A stretch of 64,000 bases of DNA from an uncultured Acidimicrobiaceae bacterium (GCA_963720695.1 CAVRGG010000001.1:804299-868298), one strand, 5' to 3'. Numbered from the stretch's first letter, positions 28,601 to 38,180 are shown. Notes: generated from the letters alone by a model not told the origin. Made by a program: numbers and translations.

Positions 28601-29224
28601 TTCGACAAGAGCGATCGGCTCAAGTTCGAGAAGGAGATGCTGGGCCTGTACGTCAGCGATCACCCGCTGCTCGGGGTGGAGGCCGCCCTGCGTCGCAAGG
28701 TCGACTGCAGCGTCGCCGAGGCCGCCGAGCGCGAGGACGGCTCGATCGTCGTGTTGGGCGGCGTCATCACCAACCTGTCGCGGAAGTTCACCAAGAAGGG
28801 CGATCAGATGGCGGTGTTCGTGCTCGAGGACCTCGACGCGTCGATCGAGGTCACCGTGTTCCCGCGGGTTCTCACCGAGCAGGGCCACAAGCTCATCGAC
28901 GACGCCATCGTCACCGTCCGAGGCAGGATCGACCGCCGCGACGAGTCCCGCCTGGGCTTCATGGCCCAGGACGTGCAGATCATCGAGGGCCTCGACACCG
29001 CCTCCGCCTCGCCGCTGCGCCTGCGTGTGCCGGCGACCTCGCTGAACGAACTGAAGATCCACCAGATCCGCAAGATCCTGCGTGAACACCCCGGCGATTC
29101 ACCGGTCTACCTGCACATCGGGCAGGGAAAGGTCCTCCGGCTCGCCGACGACTACTGCGTCGACCTCGACCGTGTGGTGGGCGAGTTGCGCATGGCGTTG
29201 GGCCACGATGCGGTGGTCTTGTGA
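25655..29224 (+). CDS. dnaE: DNA polymerase III alpha subunit
   Basis: 1189-aa ORF. PHP domain (HLHVHTEFSMLDGA), polymerase core (PDIDMDF) and OB fold. GGAGG RBS with GTG start. Confidence 0.95.
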   Translation: MGDSFTHLHVHTEFSMLDGAARLDELVAKAVQDGQPALGITDHGNMYGVLEFFKECRKQGVKPVIGTEAYMAYDSRRERPARRGRVDDSGGDTEGGKKLYYHLTLLAETDQGYRNLIQLASLAFLEGYYYKPRMDWELLEKYHDGLIATTGCLGGHVLQSLLQGDEKGALDKAGRLQEIFGRDNLFVELQDHGLQAQRDTNPKLIEIARKIGAPIIATNDSHYVHRDDHEAHSALLCVQTGAVLSDPKRFKFEGEEHYLKTANEMRYLFRDLPEACDNTLWIAERCDVNIEFGKPLLPNFPIPEGFTDDAGYLDHLTWEGAKLRWGETLPQSAVERIAYELQVIKNMGFASYFLIVWDLIKHAKDTGIRVGPGRGSAAGCAVAYCLRITELDPIKYDLLFERFLNPSRISMPDIDMDFDSRYRDEMIRYAAERYGRDHVAQIITFGTIKARNAVRDAARVLGYPYGMGDKVAKLMPPLVMGRDTPLRYCFEQNPKYADGYKAAGDLRALYDADPDVKRVVDVAKGLEGLKRSDGIHAAAVVITKEPLTDYLPIQRKPVAGGDPLDAPIVTQYEMHGVEDLGLLKMDFLGLRNLDVITDTVKMVRATKDPEFDIDTVHLDDQPVFDLMARGDTMGVFQLESPPMRALLRSLAPTSFEDVSAVLALYRPGPMSVNMHYDYADRKNNRQPVEYFHPDAEEVLGDTYGLMIYQESVMRVAQKFAGYSLAEADSLRKAMGKKSREVMAKERSSFEAGCERMNYGRELGEQLFDVIAKFADYAFNKSHTFGYGLVTYQTAYLKAHYPVEYMACLLTSVKSNLDKAAVYLSDARANGVKVLTPDLNRSITDFAALTVSEVPVDVELPAGSPGAITFGLSAIRNVGEGLVDLLLRERDEHGPYDSFHDFAERVPEPVLNKRTVESLIKAGAFDSLGHPRKGLLMVFEQIIDGTLVRRRERDQGVMSLFGDLDAGGGDAGFDERVAIPALEFDKSDRLKFEKEMLGLYVSDHPLLGVEAALRRKVDCSVAEAAEREDGSIVVLGGVITNLSRKFTKKGDQMAVFVLEDLDASIEVTVFPRVLTEQGHKLIDDAIVTVRGRIDRRDESRLGFMAQDVQIIEGLDTASASPLRLRVPATSLNELKIHQIRKILREHPGDSPVYLHIGQGKVLRLADDYCVDLDRVVGELRMALGHDAVVL

Positions 29225-29339
29225 CGCGATTGTGAGCTTCGGGGCAGGAATTCCGACCTTTTCATGGCAGAATAGGTAGCTCAGGTCAACCATCCATCCT
29301 TTCGAGGGTGGGTTCGAATCGACAGGGAGCTTCAGGGCA

Positions 29340-29999
29340 ATGGCACTCCTCCAGGTGGACACCAGGGACTGCGCGGCGCTCACCGACGGCGATCTCGACG
29401 AGATGGCGTCGATGGGGGGAGCTTTCGACATCGGTGCGCTGTCGAAGGCGAAAGAGGACTGGGTGCTCAGCACCACGTGCCGTATCGACGGCAAGCTGCA
29501 CGGTTTCACGTTCTCCACGCTCGAACGGATCGGCGGCACCCCGTGCGTGCTGCTCGGGCTGATGAGCGTGAGGCGCAATTCGCGCCGCGACCAGGTCCTC
29601 AAGGGTCTGATGAACGAGGCGTACCACCGGGCGCTGATGGCGTTCCCCGACGAGGACGTCGTGCTCGGCTCCCGCTTCGCCGTTGCCGGTGCGCTCGAAG
29701 GCTTCAAGCAGCTCGGCGAGATGATTCCCCGACCCGGTCACCGCGCCGTCGGCGAGGAGCGGGCATGGGGCCGTCGCCTTGCCAAGCGCTTCGGTGTCGA
29801 CAGCAGCTACGACGAGCAGACCTTCGTGGCCAAGACCAACGGCCAGAGCGGTTTCCTCGACCACGAGACGCTCAAGCCCGAGAAGGTCAAGCCCGAGGTC
29901 GCGGCCCTGTTCGCGGGGGTCGACCTGAAGAAGGGCGGCGCGCTGATCGTGCATGGATGGGTGATGGCCGAGGATCTCGTCAAGCTGGGTGCCCGCTGA
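29340..29999 (+). CDS. Hypothetical protein (possibly GNAT-like fold)
   Basis: 219-aa ORF with coding-like GC3, preceded by an unusually low-GC 115-bp spacer. No motif I can assign with confidence. Confidence 0.45.
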   Translation: MALLQVDTRDCAALTDGDLDEMASMGGAFDIGALSKAKEDWVLSTTCRIDGKLHGFTFSTLERIGGTPCVLLGLMSVRRNSRRDQVLKGLMNEAYHRALMAFPDEDVVLGSRFAVAGALEGFKQLGEMIPRPGHRAVGEERAWGRRLAKRFGVDSSYDEQTFVAKTNGQSGFLDHETLKPEKVKPEVAALFAGVDLKKGGALIVHGWVMAEDLVKLGAR

Positions 30000-30598
30000 G
30001 CCTCCCGCTCGACCAGATCATCCGTCAACGACGGATGACCCGCCAGTTCGACACTCGTCCCCTCGACGAAGGGACCGTCGTCGAACTGCTCGATCTCGCC
30101 CGTCGCGCCCCGTCGGCCGGCTACAGCCAGGGGGTCCACTTCCTCGCGCTCACCGGCGACGCACTCGGTGCGTTCTGGCGGACGACGGGTGCCGACGAGT
30201 GGTTCGGGTCGGTCCAGGACGGCGTGCTCAACGCCCCGGTCGTCGTGCTGCCGCTCGCCGATCCCGACGCCTACACCTCGCGGTACAGCGAGGGCGACAA
30301 GGCAGGGCACGGGCTCGAGCTGGCGGAGAACTGGGACGTCCCGTTCTGGATCACCGATGCGGCGATGGCGACCCAGAACCTGCTGTTGCTGGCCCAGGAT
30401 CGTGGGCTGGGGGCGCTGTACTTCGGGATCTTCCGCAACGCCCGCCAGGCGCTCGACGAACTCGGCGTGCCGCCGCACGTGCTGCAGGTCGGCGCCGTGG
30501 CGCTCGGTCATCGCGCCGTCGAGGACCGCCCCAGCGGGTCGGCCACGACTCGTCCGCGTCGGTCCACGGTCGAGGTCGTCCACCACAACCACTGGTGA
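29957..30598 (+). CDS. Nitroreductase-family protein
   Basis: C-terminal part of ORF 29477..30598 (RRMTRQF, ARRAPSAGYSQG, the GxxxFGI-like ALYFGIF). Start uncertain (ATG 29957 or CTG 29996). Confidence 0.7.
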   Translation: MGDGRGSRQAGCPLSLPLDQIIRQRRMTRQFDTRPLDEGTVVELLDLARRAPSAGYSQGVHFLALTGDALGAFWRTTGADEWFGSVQDGVLNAPVVVLPLADPDAYTSRYSEGDKAGHGLELAENWDVPFWITDAAMATQNLLLLAQDRGLGALYFGIFRNARQALDELGVPPHVLQVGAVALGHRAVEDRPSGSATTRPRRSTVEVVHHNHW

Positions 30599-30648
30599 CG
30601 GTTGCTCCGAGACGATCCCGGCGAGAGTCGACGACTAGCTTGACGCTC

Positions 30649-31044
30649 ATGGCGAATCAGATCCCCCTCGTCGACTACTTGGTGCTCGACGAATCCCCTC
30701 ACCTCACGGCATGCGAGTGCACGTCCTGCGGCGCCCGCTACTTCGGCCGACGCAACGCCTGCGCGAGTTGCAGCGCGACCGAGTTCAAGGACGTCGCCCT
30801 GTCCAGCGACGGCATCGTGAAGGCGTTCTCGATCGTCACGTTCGCCGCACCGGGCGTCCCGGTGCCGTTCGTGTCGGCGATCATCGACTGCGAAGGCACC
30901 AGCGTTCGCGCCAACATCATCAACTGCGAGCCGTCACCCGAGGTCGTGCATCTCGGGATGAAGGTGCGCCTCGCCACGTACGTACTCGGCACCGACGACA
31001 ACGGTGTCGAGGCCATCGGCTTCGGCTTCGAGCCCCAGGACTGA
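30649..31044 (+). CDS. Zn-ribbon/OB-fold protein (DUF35), partner of thiolase-like enzymes
   Basis: CxxC...CxxC (CECTSCG...CASCS) followed by an OB-fold-like region. Immediately upstream of a thiolase. Confidence 0.8.
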   Translation: MANQIPLVDYLVLDESPHLTACECTSCGARYFGRRNACASCSATEFKDVALSSDGIVKAFSIVTFAAPGVPVPFVSAIIDCEGTSVRANIINCEPSPEVVHLGMKVRLATYVLGTDDNGVEAIGFGFEPQD

Positions 31045-31059
31045 GCAAAGGACACTGAC

Positions 31060-32265
31060 ATGAGCGACGACATCTGGATCCTCGGCATCACGATGACCAA
31101 GTTCGGGAAGCACCCGGACAAGGACACCGTCGACCTCGCCTCCGAAGCCGCCATGGCGGCGCTCAAGGACGGCGGCGTCACCATGAAGGACATGGGCATC
31201 CTCGCCGCCGGCTGCCTGATGCAGTCCAACGCGGGCATCGGCCAGCAACTGCAGAAGCAGATCGGCCAGACCGGCATCCCGGTCTACAACGTCGCCAACG
31301 CCTGCGCCACGGGAGCGACCGCCCTGCGCACGGCGATCATGGCCGTCAAGTCGGGCGAGGTCGACATGGGCCTGGCCGTCGGGGTCGAGAAGCTCGCCGG
31401 CGCCGGACTCCTCGGTGCGGGTGGCCGCCCCAAGAGCGACAAGAACGAGTGGGTCCCCTCCGGGCGCTTCGGTGCGGTCACCGCCACCGACGGCCGGATC
31501 GGTACCGAGAGCATGCCCGGTGTGTTCGCTCAGGTCGGCATGGAGTACGGCCACAAGTACGGCGGCACCAGCTTCGAGCTGTTCGCGAAGATCGCCGAGA
31601 AGAACCACGCCCACAGCACGCTGAACCCGCTGGCCGCGTACACCAAGAAGATGACGCTCGAAGAGATCATGAACGACGTCATGATCGCCTACCCGAACAC
31701 GCGCAGCATGTGCTCCGCGAACTGCGACGGTGCCGCCGCCGCCGTGGTCGTGAGCGACGCAAAGTTGAAGACGCTGTCACTGGAACAGCAGCGACGGGCG
31801 ATCAAGATCAAGGCGTCCGTGCTCACCAGTGATCCGTACGAGGAGGGTTGCCAGGTGCTGCCGAACGTCAACACGCTCACCCGCAACGCGGCGAGGCAGG
31901 CGTACGAGGCCGCAGGGGTCGGACCCCAGGATCTCGACCTGGTCGAACTCCACGACTGCTTCGCCACCGCCGAGCTCGTGCACTACGACAACCTCATGCT
32001 CTGCGAGGAAGGCGGCGCCGCCGACTTCTTCAACAGCGGCGCGACCTGGCGCACCGGGTCGATGCCGGTGAACGTCTCGGGTGGCCTGGAGAGCAAGGGT
32101 CACCCCATCGCGGCCACCGGCATCGCCAACATCTGGGAGGTCTGCCACCACCTGCGCGGCGAGGCGGGCGACCGTCAGATCGAGGGCGCCAAGGTGGGCA
32201 TGGCCCACGTCATCGGCCTCGGCTCCGCCTGCGGCCTGCACATCCTGGAGCGCTCCGGCCTCTAG
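31060..32265 (+). CDS. Thiolase-family protein (SCP-x/lipid-transfer type acetyl-CoA acetyltransferase)
   Basis: 401-aa ORF (NVANACATGATA active-site Cys region, C-terminal GLGSACG). Confidence 0.85.
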   Translation: MSDDIWILGITMTKFGKHPDKDTVDLASEAAMAALKDGGVTMKDMGILAAGCLMQSNAGIGQQLQKQIGQTGIPVYNVANACATGATALRTAIMAVKSGEVDMGLAVGVEKLAGAGLLGAGGRPKSDKNEWVPSGRFGAVTATDGRIGTESMPGVFAQVGMEYGHKYGGTSFELFAKIAEKNHAHSTLNPLAAYTKKMTLEEIMNDVMIAYPNTRSMCSANCDGAAAAVVVSDAKLKTLSLEQQRRAIKIKASVLTSDPYEEGCQVLPNVNTLTRNAARQAYEAAGVGPQDLDLVELHDCFATAELVHYDNLMLCEEGGAADFFNSGATWRTGSMPVNVSGGLESKGHPIAATGIANIWEVCHHLRGEAGDRQIEGAKVGMAHVIGLGSACGLHILERSGL

Positions 32266-32753
32266 TTCGGGCAGGTCTTGTCGAAGTAGGCCTGGATGTT
32301 GTTGGAGGCCGCCTCGACGTCGGGCGTGCCGAGGTCGCGGATCGCCTGTTGCACCGCGCCCGAGGTCATGTCGTTGCCGTTCTCCTGCATGACCTTGGCC
32401 AAGCTGCTGACGGCGGCGGAGATCACGGCCACGTCGTCCTTCAGGTCGTCGGGCACCTTGGACTGGACGTCACCGAACACCTTCTCCAGGTCGAGCGACT
32501 GGCCGTTGGGCACGAACGCCTGTGCCATCGCCTTGCTGAAAGAGAGTGCGATGGCCTTGCACTCCTCGGTCAGATTGCCGATGTTCGGGATCGTGATGTC
32601 GCCGCCGCCGACCATGGTGTCGCCCGAGGCTGCTGCGGTGGTGGTGTCGGCGCCGGCCTTCGACGGCGACGAGGTCGAACTGTCGCTGCCGCACGCGCTG
32701 AACGTGAGCAGCGCGGTGGCGGCGAGGCCGAGTGCGAGGATGGGACGCTTCAT
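32262..32753 (-). CDS. Putative lipoprotein, function unknown
   Basis: MKRPILALGLAATALLTFSAC signal peptide plus lipobox, within ORF 32262..32837. Mostly helical-looking mature part. Confidence 0.65.
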   Translation of the reverse strand: MKRPILALGLAATALLTFSACGSDSSTSSPSKAGADTTTAAASGDTMVGGGDITIPNIGNLTEECKAIALSFSKAMAQAFVPNGQSLDLEKVFGDVQSKVPDDLKDDVAVISAAVSSLAKVMQENGNDMTSGAVQQAIRDLGTPDVEAASNNIQAYFDKTCPN

Positions 32754-32775
32754 GGGGTGCTCCAGTTCGGTGGGG

Positions 32776-34752
32776 TCAACGGAGTTGATCGGCAAGTTCG
32801 GCGATGGACTGAACCGGGAGTTGGCAGACGTGCCCACGGCAGACGAACGCCATCCCGTCGCCGCGATCTTCCCACAGTGGACCCGGGTACGGCTCTCCCC
32901 ATGCCAGCACGGCGTCGGGGAGCCACCGCTGCTGGACCGAGACCACCAGGTCGCGACGCTCGCCGGTGATCACGACCTCGGTCGTCCCCTCGTTGCGAAC
33001 GGCGACGGCGGCGAGTGCCTGGGAGAACGCTCCCGGCGCCTGGGGCATCGCCCGACCGAGGAGACGCAGGATCTGATCCGCCTGATTCGTGTACCTGGCC
33101 TCGCCGGTGAGCGCGCCGAGGCGGTACAGCGCCCAGGCGGCGGTCGAGTTCGCCGACGGCGTGGCGTTGTCGAGCAGGTCCTTCTGCCGCGCGACCAGGT
33201 GCTCGCCATCGTCGGGCGAGGTGAACAACCCGCCCCGATCGAGGTCCCAGAAGTGGTCGAGCATGGTGTCGGCCACCTGGCACGCCTCGCCGATCCAGCG
33301 GGCCTGGCCGGTGAGCTCGGCGAGCCGCGTGAACCCGTCGACCAGACAGGCGTGATCGGCGGCCAGGGCGTCGTGGCGAGCCGGGGGAGTGCCGGTCGCA
33401 TGCCATGAGCGGTGCCATCGGCCGTCGCGGCGGCGCAATTCCCGGACGAGGAACTCGCCGTTGGCGATCGCTGCGGCGGTCCAGTCCTCGCGCTGGAACA
33501 ACGCGGCCGCCTCGCACAGCGACGACAGCATGAGCCCGTTCCACTCGGCGAGCACCTTGTCGTCGAGCCCAGGTCGGGCGCGTTGCTCACGCGCCTCGAA
33601 CAGGCGCTGGCGGGCGACCTCGATCAGCGGTGGGCGCATCCATTCGCCGCGATGGTGCAGCCGAGCGGGAATCGTCCTGCCCTCGAAATTGCCGGCGTCG
33701 GTGAACTCGTACCACTCGAGCACGGCGTCGGTGGCATCGCCGAGCACATCACGCACTTCCTGGGGAGTCCACGTGTGGAAGAGGCCCTCGTGCCCATGTC
33801 CGTGTTCGTCGGGGGAGTCGGCGTCCTCCGCGCTGTAGAAGCCGCCGTCGGGATGACGCAGGTCCCGCAGCACGTAGCCGATCGTCTCCTCGACCACCTG
33901 TCGATAGCGTGGCTCGTCGAGCAGGACCGCGGCGTGCGCGTAGACGCGCACGAGAAGGGCCTGGTCGTAGAGCATCTTCTCGAAGTGGGGCACGAGCCAC
34001 ATCTCGTCGACCGAGTAACGGGCGAACCCGCCGCCGATGTGGTCGTACATCCCGCCACTCGCCATCGCGTCGAGCGAGGTGGTGAGGATGACCCGAGCGT
34101 CGTCGCCTGCTCCCGCCTGCACCGCGCGGGCGATGAGGTCGAGGCTCATCGTGGACGGGAACTTCGGCGCAGGTCCGAAGCCGCCCCATCGAGGGTCGAA
34201 GGTCTGGGCGAGGTGGTGCAGCCCGGCGTTGACGAGGTCCATCCCGGGGACGTCGTCGACGGGCGTCACCGTCGCCGTGCGGCGCAGCGCCTCTCCCAGT
34301 GCGGCGACGTTCTGCTGCACATCGGCCGGTCGGGTGCGCCACACATCGTCGATCGCCGCCATCAACTGCAGGAACTGCGGCTTGGGGAAGTAGGTGCCCC
34401 CGTAGAAGGGGTCACCGGAGGGCGTGAGGAACACGGTCATGGGCCAGCCACCGCGCCCGGTCATGGCCTGCACGGCATCCATGTAGATCGAGTCGACGTC
34501 GGGTCGTTCCTCTCGGTCGACCTTCACGTTCACGAACAGGCGATTCATGGTCTCGGCGGTCTCGGCGTCCTCGAAACACTCGTGGGCCATCACATGGCAC
34601 CAGTGGCACGCGGAATAGCCCACGGACAGCAGGATCGGGACGTTGCGCTCGACCGCTGCGGCGAACGCGGACGGCCCCCAGGCGTACCAGTCGACAGGGT
34701 TGTCCCGGTGCTGGCGCAGGTAGGGCGAGGTCTCGTCGGCGAGGCGATTCAC
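32776..34752 (-). CDS. Thioredoxin-domain protein YyaL (DUF255 + six-hairpin glycosidase-like domain)
   Basis: 658-aa ORF (SPYLRQHRDNPVDWYAWG, GYSACHWCHVM). Confidence 0.85.
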   Translation of the reverse strand: MNRLADETSPYLRQHRDNPVDWYAWGPSAFAAAVERNVPILLSVGYSACHWCHVMAHECFEDAETAETMNRLFVNVKVDREERPDVDSIYMDAVQAMTGRGGWPMTVFLTPSGDPFYGGTYFPKPQFLQLMAAIDDVWRTRPADVQQNVAALGEALRRTATVTPVDDVPGMDLVNAGLHHLAQTFDPRWGGFGPAPKFPSTMSLDLIARAVQAGAGDDARVILTTSLDAMASGGMYDHIGGGFARYSVDEMWLVPHFEKMLYDQALLVRVYAHAAVLLDEPRYRQVVEETIGYVLRDLRHPDGGFYSAEDADSPDEHGHGHEGLFHTWTPQEVRDVLGDATDAVLEWYEFTDAGNFEGRTIPARLHHRGEWMRPPLIEVARQRLFEAREQRARPGLDDKVLAEWNGLMLSSLCEAAALFQREDWTAAAIANGEFLVRELRRRDGRWHRSWHATGTPPARHDALAADHACLVDGFTRLAELTGQARWIGEACQVADTMLDHFWDLDRGGLFTSPDDGEHLVARQKDLLDNATPSANSTAAWALYRLGALTGEARYTNQADQILRLLGRAMPQAPGAFSQALAAVAVRNEGTTEVVITGERRDLVVSVQQRWLPDAVLAWGEPYPGPLWEDRGDGMAFVCRGHVCQLPVQSIAELADQLR

Positions 34753-34817
34753 CCCAGCGAACCTAGCGGCCCGATCGCGGCTTGGCGGCGGGTGCTGCGT
34801 GTGGCAACCTCTCGGCC

Positions 34818-35480
34818 GTGCGCCTCGCCCCCACTCGACCGGCCCTGATCACCGGAGTGTCGTGCGTCGCCGTGGGCCTCCTGGTGGCCCTGACGGCGTG
34901 CAGCGACGGCGGCACCGCCGGCACGGGGACGTTGGTGCCCTTCGACAGTGGGCTCGTCTCGACGTCGACCATCGTGATCTCGCCCTCGACCACCTCGACG
35001 ACCACCTCGGCACCGGCCACCACCGCAGTGCCGTTCACCACGTCCACGCCCACGACGCTGCTCGCGCCGGTGTCGACCACGGCTGTCCAGAGCGGCGCGC
35101 CCGGAATTCCGACCACCGGGCCCTTTGCGTCGACGCCGCCGCCGGAGAGCACACTGTCGCCCGATCTTCCCGGACCCCCGATGATGGGGTGCGTGGACGC
35201 GCCTTCGTCGCCGGCGACCGTCGAGTTGGCGATCGACAACGACACGGTGACCTATGCGGGAGCGGTCGTCCCCTGCGTACGGCTGCTCGGCACGCAGCGA
35301 CTGGCGGTGCGCAACGTGTCCCAGTTCCCGGCGTCGGTCACCATCGGTGACTCGGTCCGCGACCTCGCCGCGGGTGCCGTCGTGAGCACCACGATGCGGC
35401 CGACGTACGGGTTCGGCGACACGTTCGACGTCGTCGTCGATCCGCTCGGAGTGGTCGTGGTCGTCCAGGTCCTGTCCTGA
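34818..35480 (+). CDS. Putative lipoprotein with Ser/Thr/Pro-rich linker
   Basis: VAVGLLVALTAC lipobox, an S/T/P-rich tract, then a ~90-aa C-terminal domain. Start at GTG 34818 within ORF 34782..35480. Confidence 0.55.
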   Translation: MRLAPTRPALITGVSCVAVGLLVALTACSDGGTAGTGTLVPFDSGLVSTSTIVISPSTTSTTTSAPATTAVPFTTSTPTTLLAPVSTTAVQSGAPGIPTTGPFASTPPPESTLSPDLPGPPMMGCVDAPSSPATVELAIDNDTVTYAGAVVPCVRLLGTQRLAVRNVSQFPASVTIGDSVRDLAAGAVVSTTMRPTYGFGDTFDVVVDPLGVVVVVQVLS

Positions 35481-35498
35481 CCGCGCACCCTCCGTGGT

Positions 35499-36266
35499 TC
35501 ACACTCCGGTGGAGTGGAAGCCACCGTCGACATGGATCATCTCGCCGGTGGTCATCGGGAACCAGTCGCTGAGCAACGCCACACATGCCTTGGCGACAGC
35601 GCTGGAGTCGGTGACGTCCCAGCCGAGCGGCGCACGGTCGTCCCAGACGTCCTCGAACTTCTTGAAGCCGGGGATGCTCTTGGCGGCCATGGTCTTCACG
35701 GGGCCCGCCGCGATCAGGTTGCTCCGGATGCCCTTCGGTCCGAGTTCCTTGGCCAGGTAGCGGTTGACGCTCTCCAGAGCGCTCTTGGCCACGCCCATCC
35801 AGTTGTACGCGGGCCACGCCACGGTGTTGTCGAAGTCCAGCCCGACGAACGACCCGCCGGCGGTCATCAGCGGTACGAACGCCTCTGCGAGTGCCTTCAG
35901 GGAATAGGCGCTGATGTGGAGGGCGACCGACACGTCGGCCCACTGTGGCGCCATGAAGTCGTCACCGAGGCAGGCCTCGGGGGCGAAGCCGATGCTGTGC
36001 AGCACACCGTCGACGCTGCCCCATTTGGCCGCCAACTCGTCGCGCACGGCCACGAGGTGATCGGGCTGGGTGACGTCGAGTTCGTAGACGTCGACCGGTG
36101 AGGGCAGCTTGCGGCCCGTCCGCTGGGTGAGGCTCAGCGCTCGACCGGCGCCCGTGAGCACGATGTTGGCGCCCTCCTGCTGAGCGAGTGCCGCGACACC
36201 GTAGGCCAGCGAGGCATCGGTGAGGACGCCGGTGATCACGATGTTCTTGCCGTCGAGGAGACCCAT
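35499..36266 (-). CDS. fabI: Enoyl-[acyl-carrier-protein] reductase (NADH), FabI/InhA type
   Basis: MGLLDGKNIVITGV, SIGFAP and MGVAKSALES motifs. ATG 36266 lies inside ORF 35499..36362. Confidence 0.85.
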   Translation of the reverse strand: MGLLDGKNIVITGVLTDASLAYGVAALAQQEGANIVLTGAGRALSLTQRTGRKLPSPVDVYELDVTQPDHLVAVRDELAAKWGSVDGVLHSIGFAPEACLGDDFMAPQWADVSVALHISAYSLKALAEAFVPLMTAGGSFVGLDFDNTVAWPAYNWMGVAKSALESVNRYLAKELGPKGIRSNLIAAGPVKTMAAKSIPGFKKFEDVWDDRAPLGWDVTDSSAVAKACVALLSDWFPMTTGEMIHVDGGFHSTGV

Positions 36267-36348
36267 GCGCCTGATCGTACTCACGGTGCGGCATCCGGCC
36301 GGCGAAGTGGCCTTCGATTCGACCGACCGCGTGTGCAAGGCTGACCCG

Positions 36349-37062
36349 ATGCGCATCGGCATCTTGGGAGGAACCGGCCCGGCGGGCTCTGCACTCGCGG
36401 CGCGGTTGGCGTCGGTGGGCTACGAGGCGGTCATCGGTTCGCGATCGAAGTACCGAGCGATGGAAGCCCGCGACAGCCAGGTCGAGAAGTGGCCGGCGCT
36501 GGCGCCACTGCTGAGCTTCGGTGACAACGCGGCTGCCGCTGCGTGCGACCTGGTGGTGATCGCCACTCCGTGGGACTCGGCCGCGACCACGGCCCAGGAG
36601 AACGAAGCAGCACTCGAGGGAAAGATCTTGGTCAGCATGGCCAACGCGCTGGTGCGGGTGGGGCACGAGTTCCAACCGCTCGTCCCGCCGAGGGGCAGTG
36701 TGGCGGCGCACGTCCAGGCGGCGATGCCCCGATGCCGTGTGGTGGCCGCCTTCCACCACCTGCCGGCCACCGAGCTCGGTCACATCGGCGAACCGATCGA
36801 CAGCGACGTGCTCATCTGTGGCGACGACGCCGATGCCGTGCGCACGATCAGCGAGATCGTCGCCAAGATCCCGGGTTGCCGACCGCTCGATTCTGGTGAG
36901 CTGTCGAACGCGATGGCGATCGAGGCCTTCACCGCGGTGCTCCTGCAGCTCAACGTCCGCTACAAGACTCGCGTGGCACCCAAACTCACCGGGATCAGGC
37001 GTGATCCGCGGGCACCCAAGCCCGCCGCTGCAGACGGTGAGCCGGTAGCGTCGCACTCGTGA
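36349..37062 (+). CDS. NADPH-dependent F420 reductase-like (NpdG/FNO family)
   Basis: MRIGILGGTGPAGSALA Rossmann N-terminus. About 237 aa inside ORF 36220..37062. Confidence 0.65.
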   Translation: MRIGILGGTGPAGSALAARLASVGYEAVIGSRSKYRAMEARDSQVEKWPALAPLLSFGDNAAAAACDLVVIATPWDSAATTAQENEAALEGKILVSMANALVRVGHEFQPLVPPRGSVAAHVQAAMPRCRVVAAFHHLPATELGHIGEPIDSDVLICGDDADAVRTISEIVAKIPGCRPLDSGELSNAMAIEAFTAVLLQLNVRYKTRVAPKLTGIRRDPRAPKPAAADGEPVASHS

Positions 37063-38180
37063 CGATGCGCCTGTACGACACCGCCCGCCAGGCCGTGGTG
37101 CCGTTCGAGCCGGGGGAACAGGTGCTCATGTACACCTGCGGCATCACGCCGTACGACGCCACCCATCTCGGACATGCCTCCACCTTCATCCAGTACGACG
37201 TGCTCCAACGGCGACTGATCGACCGGGGACACAGCGTCAAGTGCGTGCGCAACGTCACCGACGTCGACGACCCGTTGTTCGCGAAGGCGCGCGAGCTCGG
37301 CGTGCACTACCTCGATCTCGCGGCCGGCGAAGAAGCCAGGTTCGAACGAGACATGGAGGCGCTCCACGCACTGCCGGTGCACAGCACGCCGCGTGCATCG
37401 TCGGCCATCCCCGACATCCGTGGCTTCATCGGCATGGTGCTGGACCGGGGCTTCGCCTACGAGGCCGGTGGCAGCGTGTACTTCGACGTCACCGAGTTCC
37501 CGACGTTCGGCTCGCTGAGCCACTACAGCCACGACGAGATGATCGACTATGCCCGCGAGCGCGGTGGTCAGGTCGACGATCCCAACAAGCGGCATCCGCT
37601 CGACTTCGTGCTGTGGCATCCGTCGGCGCCCGACGAGCCGAGCTGGGACACCCTGTGGGGTCCCGGTCGGCCCGGCTGGCACATCGAGTGCAGCGCGTTG
37701 GCCCTGCGCGAGCTCGGCACCACGATCGATCTCCACGGCGGGGGCAGCGACCTCATCTTCCCCCACCACGAATGCGAGCTCGCCCAGAGCGAGGCTGCCA
37801 CCGGCGAACCGTTCGTCAAGCACTGGATGCACGTGGCGATGGTGTACATGAACGGGCACAAGATGTCCAAGAGCCTCGGCAACCTCGTGTTCGTCGATGC
37901 GCTGCGCGCCACCTGGGATCCTCGTTCGATCCGGCTGGCGATCATCGAGCACCACTACCGACGCGAGTGGGAGTGGGACGACTCGCTGATGCCACGCAAT
38001 GCCGCTCGGCTGGAGTCATGGCGACAGGGCGGCCATGCCGAATGTGGTGTCATCGACGACGTTCGAGCAGCCCTCGACGACGACCTCGACACGCCAGGTG
38101 CCATCGCCGCGATCGATGCCGCTGCGGGGCAGGGATTCGGAGTGCACGACGCGGCGTCGCTGCTCGGCGTGCAACTCTGA
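37059..38180 (+). CDS. mshC: L-cysteine:1D-myo-inositol 2-amino-2-deoxy-alpha-D-glucopyranoside ligase (mycothiol ligase MshC)
   Basis: CysRS-like catalytic core without an anticodon domain (CGITPYDATHLGH, GPGRPGWHIEC, KMSKSLGN). Strong resemblance to remembered Rv2130c. Confidence 0.85.
   Translation: MTMRLYDTARQAVVPFEPGEQVLMYTCGITPYDATHLGHASTFIQYDVLQRRLIDRGHSVKCVRNVTDVDDPLFAKARELGVHYLDLAAGEEARFERDMEALHALPVHSTPRASSAIPDIRGFIGMVLDRGFAYEAGGSVYFDVTEFPTFGSLSHYSHDEMIDYARERGGQVDDPNKRHPLDFVLWHPSAPDEPSWDTLWGPGRPGWHIECSALALRELGTTIDLHGGGSDLIFPHHECELAQSEAATGEPFVKHWMHVAMVYMNGHKMSKSLGNLVFVDALRATWDPRSIRLAIIEHHYRREWEWDDSLMPRNAARLESWRQGGHAECGVIDDVRAALDDDLDTPGAIAAIDAAAGQGFGVHDAASLLGVQL

Noticed and set aside
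29262-29325. tRNA gene or tRNA 3' fragment (TAGCTCAG ... GGGTTCGAATC)
   Set aside because: I could not fold an acceptor stem, D-stem or T-stem on either strand. The 5' and 3' T-stem halves are not complementary. I kept it only as a low-interest observation.
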